From contig JALNKA010000002.1 of NCBI GenBank assembly GCA_023261815.1, forward strand, positions 76,438 through 140,437: a DNA stretch of 64,000 nt. Direction: 5' to 3'. The translations under genes and the position numbers were made by a program. Each line of letters starts with the position of its first letter. The first letter of the stretch is position 1. Shown here one piece after another: positions 60,045-64,000 of this stretch. The notes under the pieces were generated by a model. The model was not told the origin of the DNA. It worked only from the letters and a program-made list of their open reading frames with translations, and ran no database searches. Source of the stretch: Candidatus Wolframiiraptor sinensis (GTDB lineage Archaea; Thermoproteota; Nitrososphaeria_A; Caldarchaeales; Wolframiiraptoraceae).

Positions 60045-60079
60045 GAGCTTTTGTGGGTGTGCGTTAGGAGAGGGCGCTT

Positions 60080-62263
60080 ATGCCGAGGGTTAAGAGGATT
60101 AGCGAGGTCTTGGAGATCCTTAGACAGAAGGATTGCATCCGGAACATAGGTACTATTGCTCATGTTGATCATGGTAAGACCACGACTACGGATAGCCTGC
60201 TCGCTGCCGCCGGCCTTCTCTCGCCCACGCTCGCCGGCAAGGCTCTCGCCCTCGATTACTTGGAGGAGGAGCAGCAGAGGCAGATGACCATCAAGGCTGC
60301 CAACATCTCCCTCTACTATGAGATGGACGGCAAGCCGTATATCATCAACATGATCGATACTCCGGGCCACGTTGATTTCAGCGGCAGGGTTACCCGGGCT
60401 CTCAGGGCTATTGACGGCGCGATAGTTGTCGTCGATGCCGTTGAGGGCGTCATGACTCAGACGGAGACCGTTGTCAGGCAGGCTCTCGAGGAGAGGGTCA
60501 GGCCAGTCCTCTACATAAATAAGATTGATAGGCTGATAAAGGAGCTTAGATTGACGCCGGAGAAAATTCAGGAGACCTTGGCGAGGATAGTGACCGAGGT
60601 TAATAGGCTCATCGAGATGTATGCCGAGCCGGAGTACCGGGAGAAGTGGAAGGTTAGCTTCCAGAATGGGACTGTTGCTATTGGGAGCGCTAAGGATAGG
60701 TGGGGATTCACGGTCCCCCAGGCGCAGAAGAAGGGGATAAAGTTCAGCGACGTCATGAAGGCCTTCCAGAACAACGACATCGCATGGCTTCAGGAAAACG
60801 CGCCACTTCACGAGGCGATACTGGAGATGGTCATCAATCATCATCCGCCGCCGCATGTCGCGCAGAAATATAGGATCCCGAAGATCTGGAAGGGCGATAT
60901 AGATAGCGATGTTGGACAGGCGATGCTCAACTGCGACGAGAATGGTCCTCCTGTGATGATCGTCACGGATGTCAAGGTGGATCCTCAGGCAGGCGTAGTC
61001 GCCACCGGGAGGCTTTTCAGCGGGACAGTCAAGGAGGGCGATATGATCAAGATCGTCGGCAGGAATATCGCGAAGAGGATCCAGCAGGTAGCGGTCTACA
61101 TGGGCCCGAACAGGGAGATTGTTGGAAGCTTGCCAGCTGGAAATATCCCGGCGCTCCTGGGAATAGATGAGGCGAGGGCGGGAGAGACGCTCTCGATAGT
61201 CGATATGGTGCCATTCGAGTCCCTGAGATATGTATCCGAGCCTGTTGTTACGATCTCTGTTGAGCCGAAGAATAGCAGGGATTTGCCAAAGCTCGTGGAC
61301 TTCCTGAATAAGCTCTCGATTGAGGATCCGACGCTCGTTACGACCGTAAGGCCCGAGACCGGGGAGTACCTAATAAGCGGCATGGGAACTCTCCACCTCG
61401 AGATAGCTCTCACGTGGATAGCTAAGGCGGGCATAGAGGTGATCGCTAGCAAGCCCATAATACTCTACAGGGAGACGGTCTCGAAGAGGGGCAGAGCTTT
61501 TGAGGGCAAATCGCCCAACAAGCATAACAGGATCTACCTACAGGTGGAGCCGCTGGAGCCCGAGATAATCGAGCTCATCAGAAAGGGCGAGATCTTCGAT
61601 GAGATGGATCGAAAGCAGGTGGCTAAGATCCTGAGAGATTATGGCTGGGATGCTGATATGGCTAGAAACGTCTGGTGCATAGATCCCAGAGGCAACATCC
61701 TCGTGGACATGACTAAGGGAATCCAGTACTTGCACGAGTCCAAGGCCCTTATAATCGCCGGCTTTCAGGACGTGATGGAGCGGGGTCCGCTGGCCGAGGA
61801 GCCGATGAGAGGCATCAAGGCGATCTTGGTGAACGCGGAGCTTCACGAGGACCCTGTTCATAGGGGTTATGCCCAGATAGTTCCTGCCACGAGGCGATCG
61901 CTTTACGCCAGCATTCTGAGCGCGGACCCGATTCTCCTAGAGCCGGTCCTGAAGATAGAGGTGAAGACGACCTCCGATCTGCTTGGAGCCGTAACCTCCG
62001 TCATATCGAGCAAAAGGGGGAGGATATTGAATGTCGCACAGCAGGAATACATAACCGTGGTGACGGGCGAGGTGCCAGCCGCCGAGACGTTCGATCTGAG
62101 CGAGGTGATGAGGAGCGCCACCATGGGCAAGGCCTTCTGGGCGACGGAGTTCTACGCTTGGAAGCCTGTTCCAGCATCCCTAAAAGACAAGATCATACAG
62201 GAGATTAGGAAGAGGAAAGGCCTGCCTCCAAAGATCCCCGAGATCTCGGACTTCGTCGAATAG
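60080..62263 (+). CDS. fusA: Translation elongation factor 2 (aEF-2)
   Basis: G domain (AHVDHGKTT, DTPGHVDF, NKIDR), domains II-V and the diphthamide-region pattern; 727 aa. Confidence 0.95.
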   Translation: MPRVKRISEVLEILRQKDCIRNIGTIAHVDHGKTTTTDSLLAAAGLLSPTLAGKALALDYLEEEQQRQMTIKAANISLYYEMDGKPYIINMIDTPGHVDFSGRVTRALRAIDGAIVVVDAVEGVMTQTETVVRQALEERVRPVLYINKIDRLIKELRLTPEKIQETLARIVTEVNRLIEMYAEPEYREKWKVSFQNGTVAIGSAKDRWGFTVPQAQKKGIKFSDVMKAFQNNDIAWLQENAPLHEAILEMVINHHPPPHVAQKYRIPKIWKGDIDSDVGQAMLNCDENGPPVMIVTDVKVDPQAGVVATGRLFSGTVKEGDMIKIVGRNIAKRIQQVAVYMGPNREIVGSLPAGNIPALLGIDEARAGETLSIVDMVPFESLRYVSEPVVTISVEPKNSRDLPKLVDFLNKLSIEDPTLVTTVRPETGEYLISGMGTLHLEIALTWIAKAGIEVIASKPIILYRETVSKRGRAFEGKSPNKHNRIYLQVEPLEPEIIELIRKGEIFDEMDRKQVAKILRDYGWDADMARNVWCIDPRGNILVDMTKGIQYLHESKALIIAGFQDVMERGPLAEEPMRGIKAILVNAELHEDPVHRGYAQIVPATRRSLYASILSADPILLEPVLKIEVKTTSDLLGAVTSVISSKRGRILNVAQQEYITVVTGEVPAAETFDLSEVMRSATMGKAFWATEFYAWKPVPASLKDKIIQEIRKRKGLPPKIPEISDFVE

Positions 62264-62335
62264 TCCTAGAAGCACTTTCACCCAACCCCCCAAAATATAT
62301 CCTATAGGCCGCGGCAGAAATTCTCCGGAGAAGGG

Positions 62336-62875
62336 GTGCTGGAGAGGTCGCCCGGTGGCCGCGAGATCAGGCTGATCTGCAAACTTCAGCCAGGCAGCCG
62401 GAGAGTAGATGCTCTCATGAGAGCTCTAGAGGCCGCCGGCTACACCATTGAGGGAAATAGCATTTTGAGGGGCTCGCTTAAAGCCGAGTTCAAGGCGGCC
62501 AGCCTCTCGGGCGATGAGGCGATTATCCTCGTTAAGTCTGCGGAGGCCTATGATCTCAAGGACCTCCTAAGCCTCCTCGCCAGGGAGTGCTGGTACATTG
62601 ACGTTTACTACCACTTGAGGGGTGGGGATGCTTGGGCGGCCGCTAAGAGCCTCAAGATGCAGCTTCCAGGTGATGGCGTTTACAGGTCGAGCGTGAAGCT
62701 TTCAGGCGTGGAGCTTAGGGTTGATGCCTACCCGGGGCACGGTGCTTTGACGATCTCCTATAGAGCTGGCTGGAGGGAGGTTAATTCGGGCGCTGTCACG
62801 AGAATTCATGAGAAAATTCTCGGAGCGGGGGGCGGGAGAAGCATATTCAGCAGGCTTATGGGGTGGGTTAAATGA
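62336..62875 (+). CDS. Hypothetical protein, translationally coupled to crenactin (candidate arcadin-like partner)
   Basis: 179-aa ORF whose TGA stop (62873-62875) overlaps the crenactin ATG (62872-62874) in an ATGA arrangement. No recognisable motif. Confidence 0.4.
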   Translation: MLERSPGGREIRLICKLQPGSRRVDALMRALEAAGYTIEGNSILRGSLKAEFKAASLSGDEAIILVKSAEAYDLKDLLSLLARECWYIDVYYHLRGGDAWAAAKSLKMQLPGDGVYRSSVKLSGVELRVDAYPGHGALTISYRAGWREVNSGAVTRIHEKILGAGGGRSIFSRLMGWVK

Positions 62876-64000
62876 GCGAGGAGTATAAGCGGGAGCACGT
62901 CTTCGGGCTGGATTATGGGACGAGCGACTTCAAGTTCGGGCCCATAGTACTGGGAGAGACGCCTGAGATCGTCGAGAACAGGGGCTACTTCATCGATAGA
63001 AGCTCCCTCATGTCGAGGATAATGGGCGTTAATAGGGAGATCGTCGTGGGCAGGGATATTCCGAGGTTCCTAGAGTCCCGCGAGGACCTGGTGGAGCGGA
63101 TGGTCTACCCGATGCGGAACGGCGTCATAGCGAAGGACGATGAGCGGGCGTGGAAAGTCATAAAGGAGCTCACAAAGTACGCTTTAGAAAGCTTCGCCCC
63201 TCCCGACGAGGAGTTCGAGGGCTTCTACGTCGTCGCGAGCATCTCAGTCGTCTCGCCGAGATACATGTACGAGAGGCTCTTCGAGATCTTCCGAGAGCTC
63301 AATCGCGAGAGGGTGCTGGTTAAGGCCGCTACCATAATTCCTCAGCCTCTGGCGGTCGCGATCGCTCAAAAGACCCCGACATGCACGGTGGTCGAGTCCG
63401 GCCACGGGAACACCCAGATATGCCCGATCTCCATGTATCCCGTGAGGAATGCTGTTATAGCCTTGAATAGGGGTGGAGCGGCCGCGAACGTGCTCACGAT
63501 GGAGATACTAAAGGATGCGGGCTATGGCGACCTAGCCAAGGAGGAGAGCTTCGTGAGGCTCGTCAAGGAGAAAATAGGGCTCATTCCGAGGAACCTGGAT
63601 GAGGCGATCAGATACGCGAGGAGCAATCCAGAGAAGATCAAGGTCTCGCTGAAGATCCCGGGGACGAGGATAAAATTAGTCTTAGATGACATGGCGTGGA
63701 CCAGGTTCCTGATAGGCGAGTTCGTCTTCAATCCGGGCCACGAGATCTTCCAGAGTTACTTCACGCGTGGAATGCCGAAGCCCAGCGATGTAAAGCTCGG
63801 GGACACATACTTTTATGGCATGATGGATATGGCGGAGGCGGTAATAGCATCGATCGAGAAGTGCTCTATCGAGCTTCAGCCCCACCTATACTCCAGAATA
63901 CTCCTATCGGGCGGCAACTTCAGCTGGAACATCCCCGAGGGTCTCGAGACCGTGGCCGTTAGAGCCGATGAGAAGTTGAAGCAGCTCCTCCTGGAGAAGG
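62872..64000 (+). CDS. Crenactin (archaeal actin homolog), partial; continues beyond window end
   Basis: Actin-fold phosphate-1 motif GLDYGTSDFKFG, an ESGHG-like connect region and LSGGN phosphate-2. The frame is open to position 64000. Not in the ORF track because no stop occurs in the window. Confidence 0.8.
   Translation, partial: MSEEYKREHVFGLDYGTSDFKFGPIVLGETPEIVENRGYFIDRSSLMSRIMGVNREIVVGRDIPRFLESREDLVERMVYPMRNGVIAKDDERAWKVIKELTKYALESFAPPDEEFEGFYVVASISVVSPRYMYERLFEIFRELNRERVLVKAATIIPQPLAVAIAQKTPTCTVVESGHGNTQICPISMYPVRNAVIALNRGGAAANVLTMEILKDAGYGDLAKEESFVRLVKEKIGLIPRNLDEAIRYARSNPEKIKVSLKIPGTRIKLVLDDMAWTRFLIGEFVFNPGHEIFQSYFTRGMPKPSDVKLGDTYFYGMMDMAEAVIASIEKCSIELQPHLYSRILLSGGNFSWNIPEGLETVAVRADEKLKQLLLEK

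Overview
The window reads as a core chromosomal segment of a crenactin-encoding archaeon (Thermoproteota-like). It is 55-60% GC, shows leaderless/ATGA-coupled gene overlaps, and carries an intron-containing tRNA. Coding density is high and dominated by information-processing genes. The tRNA-modification and repair genes are Taw1, Trm5 and FEN-1. Metabolic genes include ilvE/ilvC, an NAD-salvage pncA-pncB pair, a thiamine thiDN/thiW module, moaB/moaC, IPP isomerase type 2 and two GGR paralogs, and the window ends in a crenactin (arcade-like) locus. The list below details further items that deserve follow-up. They are a winged-HTH + ATP-cone fusion protein of unknown function, a DUF438/hemerythrin/PAS sensor co-transcribed with a Cys-containing HTH regulator just upstream of htrA, and a multi-intron tRNA-Gln(TTG). 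Two genes appear disrupted: an SDR by an 11-bp tandem duplication, and a DNA-methyltransferase-like gene by a T6 homopolymer. The remaining notes cover the two Cdc48 paralogs, which share near-identical nucleotide stretches, an AT-rich about 1 kb island, and an L12-alaS segment inverted relative to the L11-L1-L10 operon. No CRISPR array, integrase or obvious mobile element was seen. All calls rest on manual motif recognition; no database searches were run.
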